DNA of 64,000 nucleotides from positions 7,656 to 71,655 of the forward strand of contig JAQTSY010000005.1 in NCBI GenBank assembly GCA_028711065.1. The letters are read 5' to 3'. This DNA comes from Minisyncoccota bacterium (GTDB lineage Bacteria > Patescibacteriota > Minisyncoccia > Phycocordibacterales > JAQTLZ01). Position numbers and translations under genes: made by a program. Of the stretch, positions 10,421 to 18,506 are shown piece by piece. The notes beneath the pieces are model-generated. The model had not been told where the DNA came from. It searched no databases and saw only the letters and a program-made list of their open reading frames with translations. Numbering within the stretch: the stretch's first letter is position 1; every line of letters begins with the position of its first letter.

Positions 10421-10879
10421 TTATTCGCGGATAGAAATGGCCTTTTTAGTCACCTGAATCCATCGAAAAAAGAAAAAACCTATCACTGAAAAGAGAAGAC
10501 CTATACAAAAGAAGGTAATAGGAGTTCCCCAAAGCCCACCAAATGTATAAATTTTGTGCTGAGAGAAATCAGCAGAATAAATTACTTGAACCCTATCACC
10601 AATCTGATAAGGTTCCGCATTAATGCTAGACCCTGAATCGGAGGAGAAAGTCGTCTGATGCCCATCCACGATAAAAGAAACCTGTGGATAATAAGTATAT
10701 ACTGCGATACTCGAATTAGCAGATCTTGATATGACCTGCTTATATCCAACGACCTGTCCGCTTGTAACACTACCTCCCTGAAGAAGTCTGAAGCTAGAAA
10801 ATGCTACAAAGATAGATACGGAAAGAAAAACTACACCAACAGCACAGAAACAGACCATAAAAATCTTGAGAAATGTCAT
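10421..10879 (-). CDS. Small membrane protein with two terminal TM helices around a beta-rich core (DUF3592-like)
   Basis: 152 aa, TM at both ends, central ...SGQVVGYKQV...YTYYPQVSFIVDGH...IGDRVQVIY.... Confidence 0.4.
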   Translation of the reverse strand: MTFLKIFMVCFCAVGVVFLSVSIFVAFSSFRLLQGGSVTSGQVVGYKQVISRSANSSIAVYTYYPQVSFIVDGHQTTFSSDSGSSINAEPYQIGDRVQVIYSADFSQHKIYTFGGLWGTPITFFCIGLLFSVIGFFFFRWIQVTKKAISIRE

Positions 10880-10958
10880 GGATTGGAAAAGATAATTATG
10901 CTATTAGTTTAACATAAAATAGATAAAAAACTATCTGTTTACAAATCCGTACCCTATT

Positions 10959-10992
10959 CCTTAAATACTATCATATATGATAGTATTTAAGG
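10959..10992. promoter_or_regulatory. 34-bp perfect palindrome (core AAATACTATCATATATGATAGTATTT) in the divergent promoter region. Candidate operator or RBS-sequestering hairpin.
   Basis: CCTTAAATACTATCATATATGATAGTATTTAAGG is its own reverse complement. It ends 10 nt before the ATG at 11003, and the AAGGA Shine-Dalgarno lies inside its 3' arm. An identical 26-bp core recurs at 11439-11464. Confidence 0.5.
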
Positions 10993-11002
10993 ATACACAC
11001 AC

Positions 11003-11410
11003 ATGACACACGTATCAAGAAAACCGATGAAAAGTAAGGTTTCGAAACGACTCGAAAAAGAACTCTTGGCAGCTCTTGAACTCGCTTTTCATTCCAAACA
11101 ATCTAAGCCCCTCCTCCAATTACTTCTCACTCATACCGAGAAAATCATGTTGTCGAAACGCCTGGCAATACTGCACATGCTCGGACAAAATATACCGCAA
11201 GCAAAGATAGAGAAGGTATTGAAAGTCACAGCAGTTACTGTTTCGCGCTATACTCAAATTCTGAAAAGGGGTAAAAATGAATTGCCGGAAAATAAGCTGA
11301 AATTGAAGCGAGGCAGAAGAAAATCAAATGAACCAAACCTCTATAACGCTTTTGGACTCATGCCACCAATCGTCGGCCCAGGACGATGGGATTTTCTTGA
11401 TCGGTTGTAG
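11003..11410 (+). CDS. TrpR-like / YerC-YecD family small DNA-binding protein
   Basis: 135 aa. ...EKIMLSKRLAILHMLGQNIPQAKIEKVLKVTAVTVSRYTQIL... looks like the helix-turn-helix of the TrpR/YerC family. Confidence 0.55.
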   Translation: MTHVSRKPMKSKVSKRLEKELLAALELAFHSKQSKPLLQLLLTHTEKIMLSKRLAILHMLGQNIPQAKIEKVLKVTAVTVSRYTQILKRGKNELPENKLKLKRGRRKSNEPNLYNAFGLMPPIVGPGRWDFLDRL

Positions 11411-11433
11411 ACATTCAAATCAAAACTAACCCG

Positions 11434-11469
11434 ACAGAAAATACTATCATATATGATAGTATTTTCTGT
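11434..11469. terminator. 36-bp perfect palindrome (same 26-bp core as at 10959). Candidate bidirectional terminator and/or second operator.
   Basis: ACAGAAAATACTATCATATATGATAGTATTTTCTGT lies between the convergent gene ends 11410 and 11526. T-rich sequence follows it on the plus strand. Confidence 0.5.
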
Positions 11470-11525
11470 ATATTTTGAGTTTAAGGGTTTTATTCAATTT
11501 AATCGTATCTTTCTCTCTTAAAAAA

Positions 11526-12809
11526 TTAATACTCCAGAGCCTGTTCCATCTTTTTTTCGGCGAGGATCTGCGGAATGCCGTATGCCAGGCGATTCAATGT
11601 GACAATTTTATCTTTTATGCGAGAGGCGTATTTTTCTGATTCGGGAGGAATGCCGATGCCAGAGAAAGCGGTGCTTGTTTTCCCGTCGATCATGAGTTTT
11701 ATATAAAAATGAAAACGAGGAAGCCCCAAAAAGTCATCGACGGTCATCGGTTCAAATTCTTTCTCCAAAATCTCCGCGTCCTCGGCGCCAACTTCAAACG
11801 CGAGCATTGTGCCGATGTTTCCAAGCACGGCCTTCATAATCCCTTCTGGAAGTTGCGCCAAATACTGATTGGTAATGTGAATTCCCAACGCATATTTTCG
11901 GGATTCACTCAGGAGGCTTGTGAACGTGTCGGTCGTAAAATTTTGAAACTCATCGACGTAAAGATAGAACGGCACACGCCTATTCGCAGATTCATTCGCC
12001 CGTCTTTGAATCGCCCCCTGAAGACGCGAAATGAGAATGAGACCGAGCATATGCGCGTTTATATCTCCAATTTTTCCTTTTGAGAGATTCACAAGCAAAA
12101 TTTTATTACTGTTCATCAAGGTATCGAAATTGAAACTGCTCGTGCGCTGACCGATGATATTTCGCATCAGCTTATTGTTCATAAAATGCCCGAATTTGGA
12201 GAGGAAATAGTTGAGCATTTCACTCTTGTGGAAATCCGAAGTCTTCGCCATCTGTTTCGTCCAGAAATCAATCACCATCGGGTCTTTCAATTCTTTCCGC
12301 TTTTTCATCTCGAATTCTTTATCAACAAAAAGCTTTGGAATTTCCAATAGGCTTCCACCCTCCGGCCCCGCCATAACAGTCAAAGCGGCATTTCGAAGCC
12401 AATGCTCGAATTGAGGGCCGATGATTCCAGTTTTTTCCGGATCAAATAATTTATAGAATATTTGAATACATTCCCCCACCAAAAAATCTTTTTCCTGGTC
12501 ATCCCGTGCTTCCAAAAGATTTAATCCAAAAGGAAATTCCGTATCGCTTGGGTCAAAAAGGATGACATCTTCAAGCCGCTCTTTCGGAATATGTGAAAGA
12601 AGCCAATCAACAGACTCTCCATGCGGATCAATAAAACAAACCCCATGACCCTCTTTGATATCCTGAAGGCACATGTTTTGAAAAACGGTGGACTTCCCCA
12701 CTCCGGTTTTCCCAATCATATACATGTGTCGAAGACGATCTTTCTCATTCATTCCGATGAGGGTACGTCTGCCGTGATATTCATTTGCGCCGATGGTAAT
12801 AAATGACAT
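11526..12809 (-). CDS. P-loop NTPase of the VirD4/TraG/TrwB-like (FtsK-HerA superfamily) type; the kind annotated as type IV secretion system DNA-binding domain protein
   Basis: Walker A MIGKTGVGKST, DPHGE motif, Walker B YLYVDEFQNF. The start is set at the internal Met (MSFITIG). The upstream 21 codons in the ORF track fall inside a palindromic repeat. Confidence 0.5.
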   Translation of the reverse strand: MSFITIGANEYHGRRTLIGMNEKDRLRHMYMIGKTGVGKSTVFQNMCLQDIKEGHGVCFIDPHGESVDWLLSHIPKERLEDVILFDPSDTEFPFGLNLLEARDDQEKDFLVGECIQIFYKLFDPEKTGIIGPQFEHWLRNAALTVMAGPEGGSLLEIPKLFVDKEFEMKKRKELKDPMVIDFWTKQMAKTSDFHKSEMLNYFLSKFGHFMNNKLMRNIIGQRTSSFNFDTLMNSNKILLVNLSKGKIGDINAHMLGLILISRLQGAIQRRANESANRRVPFYLYVDEFQNFTTDTFTSLLSESRKYALGIHITNQYLAQLPEGIMKAVLGNIGTMLAFEVGAEDAEILEKEFEPMTVDDFLGLPRFHFYIKLMIDGKTSTAFSGIGIPPESEKYASRIKDKIVTLNRLAYGIPQILAEKKMEQALEY

Positions 12810-12822
12810 GTTAATTGTAGAT

Positions 12823-12987
12823 GAAATTATGAAAATGATGTTTTTTAAAATATTGCGCAAACTCGCGTGCACGGTCTGTCAACGACCCGCCTCGGGCGGG
12901 CTTATTGACAGACGCGAGTTGAGCATAGCAAAAATTCTCGCAGGGAATTTTATGTCGTATTTTAAAAAACATCATTTTCATAATTTC
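12823..12987. repeat. 165-bp MITE-like palindromic element: 30-bp perfect terminal inverted repeats around a 105-bp core with nested inverted repeats and a GC hairpin
   Basis: GAAATTATGAAAATGATGTTTTTTAAAATA (12823-12852) is the exact reverse complement of 12958-12987. Inside are ACTCGCGT..TCTGTCAA / TTGACAGACGCGAGT and CCCGCC-TCG-GGCGGG. The two mirror-image artefact ORFs (12793..13035 + and 12811..13005 -) come from this symmetry. Confidence 0.6.
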
Positions 12988-12997
12988 GTAAGTCATA

Positions 12998-13315
12998 TTA
13001 TTCAAAAAAAGTTAGGTCAAGCGATTTTTCCGTAAAATAATTCTCATCCAAAACTCGTTTTCGATTTTTCTTTGCCTCCTGAAGCTCTTTTTCTTTTTGG
13101 ATAATAAGAGCAAATTCTTTTGCTTCCCTGCTTATTTTTTCGATAAGCGATTTCTGAAGAGGAATGGAAATATACTCGGAAAGCGAAGAAAGCATTTCTG
13201 TTCGTTGTGCGTGCATTTTTTCAAGAGAAGGAGATGCGGCAAGTTTCCCGTCGATTTTCGCCTCCTCCAAACTCATCCCCACTTCCACTGAATGTAATTT
13301 TTCGTTTTTTCTCAT
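12998..13315 (-). CDS. Small coiled-coil protein (hypothetical)
   Basis: 105 aa, charged and helical (EKELQEAKKNRKR...). Its start is 2 nt downstream of the end of the Clp-like gene, so it is probably co-transcribed. Confidence 0.35.
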   Translation of the reverse strand: MRKNEKLHSVEVGMSLEEAKIDGKLAASPSLEKMHAQRTEMLSSLSEYISIPLQKSLIEKISREAKEFALIIQKEKELQEAKKNRKRVLDENYFTEKSLDLTFFE

Positions 13316-13316
13316 C

Positions 13317-14981
13317 CTATTTTTTGTTTAAAAGGGAGCGGGCAAGAAGCGATTCACATGTTTCCTCAATAAATCGCTTTACTGGACGTGCGCCGAAACG
13401 CGGGTCAACCATGGTTTTTATTCTTGCTTCGAGAAGTTTCGGATCAATATCAAACTGCACTCTATGTTTCGAAAGTCGTGCTTCAATTTTCTTGATTTCA
13501 AGCTGTGCAACCTCGACAAGACCCTTGAGAGAAAGCGGATTGAAAATGAGAATGCTGTCGAAGCGATTCAAAAATTCAAGGCGGAAAGTCTTCGCAAGTG
13601 CTGGTATTATTGTTTCTTTGAGAAAGGCTTCGCTTCCCAGATCAGTTCCCTTTTCGAATTCTTTCAGAATTTCATCCACAGCAATATTCGAAGTCGCCAT
13701 AATGATAGAGTGGCGAGCGTCTACGGTTTCATTTTGTCCTGAAGTGAGACGCCCGTCATCGAGAACCTGAAGAAAAATATCGAATACTTTTGGGTGTGCC
13801 TTTTCAATTTCATCGAGAAGAATGAGGCTGTGAGGTTCTTCGCGAAGCGCGTTGGTAAGAGCTCCTCCGTTTTCATATCCGATGTATCCTGCCGGAGCGC
13901 CGATAAGCCTCTGTACAGTGTGATCCTGCCCAAATTCCGACATATCAAAACGAATAAATGTTTCGCTTCGTCCGAACATATTTTCTGCAATAAGTTTTGC
14001 TGTTTCCGTTTTCCCCACACCGGATGGACCGAGCATAAGGAATGAACCGAGAGGCTTATTCGGATTTCGAATTCCTAGTTTCGCTCTTTGGAGCGTCGCA
14101 GCGATTTTCTTTATTGCTCCTTTTTGGTTGATTATTCTTTCGCTCAAAACAGATTCAAGATTTTTGAGCACATGAAGTTCATCGGGCTTTAATTGCGCTT
14201 TAGGAATTCCTGTTTTCCCAGCAACAACAGAAGCAATAATGTCGTCCGAAAGCTCTTTCTTTCCAAGCGACACCGCAAAGCCGAGGCTTTCATCAAGAAG
14301 ACTGACTGCTCCCCGAGGCAATTGCCCTAGTTTCGGAAATCGTTCTACAAAGCCAACAATTTCCTTGAGCACCGTAGCCGAAACCAAAATATGCTCCCCA
14401 TTCAAATTCGGCAGTGCTCTTTCGAGAATTTGTGCGTATTCAAGCGAAGTTTGATTCTTCACCTGTATCGTTTCAAAAGATTTCACAAACGCTGGATGTT
14501 CCCGCTCGAGCCAAGCATATTCATTCGGTTCAAGGGCCAAAACGATTCGCACGTGAGACTTTTTCAGAAGTATCTGGTAGAGGCGAAAAATATTTTTCAA
14601 AAGTGAACCGTTGCCAAATACCGCTCTGCCAAAATTATCAATAAATAAAACCGAAGGAGGCAAAGTGATCAGCGCCTGCTCAAAATATTTCGCGTACGTT
14701 TCATTTTCAAGTTCGTATAAATGCTCCGCATCAAGTTGGACGAATTGGAGCGAATCAAACTCTTTCTTCCCTGCCATTTTTTTCATCCAGCCATAGACAA
14801 GGGTAGTTTTCCCAATGCCATTTGAGCCAACAACAAGTACATTGTTGCTTATCTTTCGAGTTACAACACGAGTCAATCTCTCCATTTCTTCGGTACGACC
14901 AATCACATTCGGTAACTTTCCCGCTCGCACTTCTTTGCGAAGATCAAAATATTCAATTTTTTTAAAGTGAAAGTCAGTCAT
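13317..14981 (-). CDS. Clp/Hsp100-family double-AAA+ ATPase (ClpB/ClpC-like core without N-terminal and middle domains)
   Basis: D1 has Walker A GSNGIGKTT and an atypical Walker B VLFIDNFGR, with DN where DE is expected. D2 has Walker A GPSGVGKTE, Walker B LILLDEIEKAH, and sensor/arginine-finger context (HSIIMATSN). Confidence 0.7.
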   Translation of the reverse strand: MTDFHFKKIEYFDLRKEVRAGKLPNVIGRTEEMERLTRVVTRKISNNVLVVGSNGIGKTTLVYGWMKKMAGKKEFDSLQFVQLDAEHLYELENETYAKYFEQALITLPPSVLFIDNFGRAVFGNGSLLKNIFRLYQILLKKSHVRIVLALEPNEYAWLEREHPAFVKSFETIQVKNQTSLEYAQILERALPNLNGEHILVSATVLKEIVGFVERFPKLGQLPRGAVSLLDESLGFAVSLGKKELSDDIIASVVAGKTGIPKAQLKPDELHVLKNLESVLSERIINQKGAIKKIAATLQRAKLGIRNPNKPLGSFLMLGPSGVGKTETAKLIAENMFGRSETFIRFDMSEFGQDHTVQRLIGAPAGYIGYENGGALTNALREEPHSLILLDEIEKAHPKVFDIFLQVLDDGRLTSGQNETVDARHSIIMATSNIAVDEILKEFEKGTDLGSEAFLKETIIPALAKTFRLEFLNRFDSILIFNPLSLKGLVEVAQLEIKKIEARLSKHRVQFDIDPKLLEARIKTMVDPRFGARPVKRFIEETCESLLARSLLNKK

Positions 14982-14991
14982 TGCGAATTAT

Positions 14992-16827
14992 TTATGCGGC
15001 TCGTCTCATTGTAATACCGCTCGATGGATCACTTTCGGTATAATTTCTCTCCACTTCTACCTCATCTCTTGCCGGAGATTGTGAGCCCGCTGCGCCTCCC
15101 AGAATCCCAGTCCTCTCTCGGGATTCCGCAAAACTTACAATTTTTTCTTGCCCGCCTCCAGTCGCAGGCATCTCTAGAGCCATTTGAGACCCATCTTGGT
15201 TTTCATTTTCTCGTTCCCGCTCCACACCAACCTTTTGCAGAGATTCTTGTCTTACTTCAGCACGAGAAATGTAAGGAGAAATAATAGGTGCTTTTTCAGA
15301 AGTTTCCTTCGCTTCAGATTTTTCAGTTTTTTCTCGGCTTTCAACTTCCGGTTTCTGTTCTTTTACTGGAATAATCTTTTCCTCTTTTATTTGAGGTTTT
15401 TCAGCAACAGTTTCTTCGGACTTTTCGACTTTTTCAAGCTTTTTGATTTCTGGTTTTACTAATTTTACTTTTTCAATGACAGGAACGATTTTCACTGGCT
15501 CTAATTCTTCTTTAGACTCTTCCATCTTCCTCTCTCGAATAATCGGTTCTTCTTTTGGAATTTCATCCTTAATAACAACATCCTGGGCCTCCACGACGGG
15601 AGACACTTCAACTTCTTTCTCCAACACTTCAGGAAGTATCTTTAACTCGATACCCGTAGGCATTTCTTCTTGCACCCGAACGTCAATAATAACCTTCTCA
15701 ACTTTATCCGTTTCTAATACAACTTCTTCAGGTGTAGTTTGGTCTTGAGAAATTATAGTTTCTTTATCCTCTTCAATTTTTACTTGCGGTTCTTTGGTTT
15801 CGATTTCTGGCGCGACATCCTCTATAATAATTTCTTCATCTTTGATTTCAGACATTTCTACCGCAACAACCTTTGTTTCTTCAGTTCTTTCAGTCTTTTT
15901 TGTAACAGCAGAAGTATCTGCTTTTTCTTGAGGCTTGAGAACCTCTTTTTGAACTGCTTCTGGTTTAGAAACGGTTTCCGGAGAAGATAGCTGCGCTTTC
16001 AAAGTATTAAAGTACGATGTGCCGTTAAACAAAGAGGCGATAGAAAAAGTATCGATGGTATTGGCCTTTTCTACTTCATCGTGTGTGGTTTGGCCTTCTT
16101 GAGCATTTGAAAAAGTCCCCACAGAATTTTCCATTCCCAACTGCCCACGCAATTCAGCATTTACATCAATAACAAGCGGTTCGGCCTGCATGAAAGGATC
16201 TCCATTATCAAAAGGCATACTTCCTTCATCAGAACCATCATCTTGATTGGCTTCAGTGAGCTTTACGAGTTCTTGTTCTGGATGTAAGTAATGGGAATAT
16301 TTAATCTCATTATTCTGGCCTTCAAGACGAACAAAAGTTACATGGGTACCTTTTTCATCAACAATTTTAAAAGAATAAGATCCTTTTTCAGCCAGACCCC
16401 TTCTCATCTCTTCATCTATCTTTCGAAAATTCTCATTCTCGTTCACAGAACCTTTCCCCTCCTTATCAGTCAGACACTCTTCGGTCGCCAAATCATAGAT
16501 TTTTCCATCTGTTTCATTTAAGTAAGTTTTATCACCGGAAATATTTATTTCATCATCTACCCCCCACTCCTTACCCCTTCCCCCATGTTCTTTCGCGATA
16601 ATTGCTCGAATATCTCCGTCTCTCCACTCTCCTCTTTCGTCTTTTCGTGAAGGCTTTTCTCCTAATTCTGTTTTAGACTCTCCTTCGGCCCCAGTCTCTT
16701 CAACACGCGAAGCTTCAGGATTGCCAAAATCTTCTCTGTAATCAAAAGCACGAAGAGGCTCTTCCGCGACGAAAGAACCTAAACCTGCCTGTTCTTCTAA
16801 TTCTGCTGTTGGAGCTGGCTCATCCAT
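14992..16827 (-). CDS. Large hyper-acidic E/K-rich low-complexity repeat protein (hypothetical, about 610 aa)
   Basis: Long runs of EKxxEVKP-type repeats (KEEPIIRERKMEESKEELEPVKIVPVIEKVKLVKPEIKK...). No signal peptide. The start is set at MDEPAP. The 28 upstream codons in the track are hydrophobic junk. Confidence 0.5.
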   Translation of the reverse strand: MDEPAPTAELEEQAGLGSFVAEEPLRAFDYREDFGNPEASRVEETGAEGESKTELGEKPSRKDERGEWRDGDIRAIIAKEHGGRGKEWGVDDEINISGDKTYLNETDGKIYDLATEECLTDKEGKGSVNENENFRKIDEEMRRGLAEKGSYSFKIVDEKGTHVTFVRLEGQNNEIKYSHYLHPEQELVKLTEANQDDGSDEGSMPFDNGDPFMQAEPLVIDVNAELRGQLGMENSVGTFSNAQEGQTTHDEVEKANTIDTFSIASLFNGTSYFNTLKAQLSSPETVSKPEAVQKEVLKPQEKADTSAVTKKTERTEETKVVAVEMSEIKDEEIIIEDVAPEIETKEPQVKIEEDKETIISQDQTTPEEVVLETDKVEKVIIDVRVQEEMPTGIELKILPEVLEKEVEVSPVVEAQDVVIKDEIPKEEPIIRERKMEESKEELEPVKIVPVIEKVKLVKPEIKKLEKVEKSEETVAEKPQIKEEKIIPVKEQKPEVESREKTEKSEAKETSEKAPIISPYISRAEVRQESLQKVGVERERENENQDGSQMALEMPATGGGQEKIVSFAESRERTGILGGAAGSQSPARDEVEVERNYTESDPSSGITMRRAA

Positions 16828-17066
16828 TTTGTATAAAAAAATAAAGACAAAAAATCCTTCTCGATGAAAGAAGGTGACGAAGAGACGCACGCGCGCACTC
16901 TTTAATCTCACATCCTTTACTCGAGGACTGACGAAACATACTTTCGTGCGCGGTATTCGGACTTCTCTTTTTCAAGAGTTACCGTAGCGGTACTGTGCCG
17001 GAATTACACCGGACTTCCCCAACGCAACGAAATAATTTTTCAAACACAACAATCAAAACCGGAAAC

Positions 17067-17105
17067 GTATATGGATATTATATGTCACGGAGAAACACGT
17101 GCAAG
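17067..17105 (-). promoter_or_regulatory. Candidate sigma70-type promoter (TTGCAC - 16 nt - TATAAT) for the acidic-protein gene, giving a roughly 240-nt leader
   Basis: On the minus strand: TTGCAC (plus 17099-17104), a 16-nt spacer, then TATAAT (plus 17077-17082). Confidence 0.35.
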
Positions 17106-17192
17106 AGTGGATTACTACGCACAGCACAGATTAAAATAAAAGCTAGGGAAAAATTTTTAAAGCTCATAAAATAAGGAGATTCCTGGAATTAG

Positions 17193-18077
17193 CTAAGAAC
17201 ACATCTCTTCAATCACTCCGTCCGTTAGATCATTATTACTAGGAAAAATCTCTGTGGCACCGACTTTCTTTGCAATTGCAAGATAAACAGATTGTCCAAC
17301 GGCAATATTGTCGCAAAACGCCGGATCTTTCGGATACATCTTTTTTAATTCATCGATTGGTGTTCGCCTTAATTTCTGAACATAATCAGAAAAACCATCC
17401 GGAGAAAACAGTATTGTGTGCACAGGAAATGTGCCTTGTGTAAAAGATAACTTAAGAGGAGAACTGATTAATTCTACGAAATGCAAGATTCCGGTGACAA
17501 AAATAATATCTGCCTTTTCGTTTATGATCATTTCCGCCTCTAAATACTTGTCGAGACTATCCCAATCAATAGCGCCATCACTCCGTAAAAATTTTGCCTT
17601 CAAAAATTTAACTCCGAAAGGGAATTTATTAAAGCTTTTTAGATCTTTCTTATATCCAAAAACTAATTCTGTACTTCCTCCGCCAATATTTACTGCTGCA
17701 AACTGGATTTTTGATGGAATCATATTAACAAACCCTTTATAGAGATAAAGAGCCTCTTTCTCTTGAGAAATAACCTCTGGCGTCACAGAAAGAATGTCCT
17801 CAACCATTCGGCAAAACTCGGGAGCATTTTTTGCTTTTCTCAAAGCCTCTGTGCCAAGGACTTTTAGCATTTTCACGCCTTCTTTTTTATTTCGGGCCAA
17901 AGCAACCGAAAGAAGCTCTGAAGCTCTCTGAAATGCCTCGGGAGCAATATTTTCAGCTACACCGAGACCAACATCGGAATATCGTTCAAAATGTATAAGT
18001 TTTTTGGGACCTTTTTTTACTTCAAAAATATAATGTTTGAGACTTTGAGTTCCAATATCAATGATCGAGATTTTCAT
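17193..18077 (-). CDS. Ppx/GppA-family phosphatase (exopolyphosphatase / pppGpp phosphohydrolase-like)
   Basis: MKISIIDIGTQSLKHYIF... and VNIGGGSTEL actin-like ATPase-fold motifs typical of Ppx/GppA. 294 aa. Confidence 0.7.
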   Translation of the reverse strand: MKISIIDIGTQSLKHYIFEVKKGPKKLIHFERYSDVGLGVAENIAPEAFQRASELLSVALARNKKEGVKMLKVLGTEALRKAKNAPEFCRMVEDILSVTPEVISQEKEALYLYKGFVNMIPSKIQFAAVNIGGGSTELVFGYKKDLKSFNKFPFGVKFLKAKFLRSDGAIDWDSLDKYLEAEMIINEKADIIFVTGILHFVELISSPLKLSFTQGTFPVHTILFSPDGFSDYVQKLRRTPIDELKKMYPKDPAFCDNIAVGQSVYLAIAKKVGATEIFPSNNDLTDGVIEEMCS

Positions 18078-18502
18078 GAATTGAAATAAACTCTTTTTTT
18101 CTGGTAATTTTCTAAAATAACTTTCGATCCCGAGAAAAGGGGCTCTGGCAGATTATCGAGCGGATACCAATCCCATTCTCCGCTTTTTTCTGGCTCCATC
18201 ACCCGCGGCTCTCCGCTTGACCAATCTGCCGACATTCCGATATGAACATAATGCCGAGGGGGATATAATTTCGTCGTACCAACCGAAACAAATCGAATAT
18301 TTTTTATTTCAATATCGCATTCCTCTTTCGTTTCGCGCATTGCGCACTCTTCAAACGTCTCCATGTACTCCAAATGTCCCCCGGGAAATTGATATTCCCC
18401 ATTCCCAAATTGCCCTTTTCTTTTAGCTAAAAGAATTTTGCCATCTTTGAAAACAATGACGCCCATCCCCACTCTGGGTTTTAATTCTTTTGAATCAGCC
18501 AT
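18074..18502 (-). CDS. NUDIX hydrolase
   Basis: Nudix box GGHLEYMETFEECAMRETKEECDI. 4-nt overlap (ATGA) with the downstream Ppx/GppA gene. Confidence 0.8.
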   Translation of the reverse strand: MADSKELKPRVGMGVIVFKDGKILLAKRKGQFGNGEYQFPGGHLEYMETFEECAMRETKEECDIEIKNIRFVSVGTTKLYPPRHYVHIGMSADWSSGEPRVMEPEKSGEWDWYPLDNLPEPLFSGSKVILENYQKKRVYFNS

Positions 18503-18506
18503 AAAA

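Noticed and set aside
12793-13035. Two ORFs from the track (80 aa on plus, 64 aa on minus) encoding near-identical peptides.
   Set aside because: They are mirror-image artefacts of the 165-bp palindromic element, not genes.
16912-17192. Possible RNase P RNA or other large structured RNA. The minus strand contains GGGGAAGTCCGG, reminiscent of the P4 element GGAAAGUCCGGGC.
   Set aside because: The surrounding sequence lacks the other universally conserved blocks (the ACAGAAUCCGGCUUA partner strand, GGUGAAA, the GNRA/P12 context), and the region also carries a good promoter. It is better explained as a promoter plus a structured mRNA leader. I kept it as a lower-confidence finding, not as an RNase P call.
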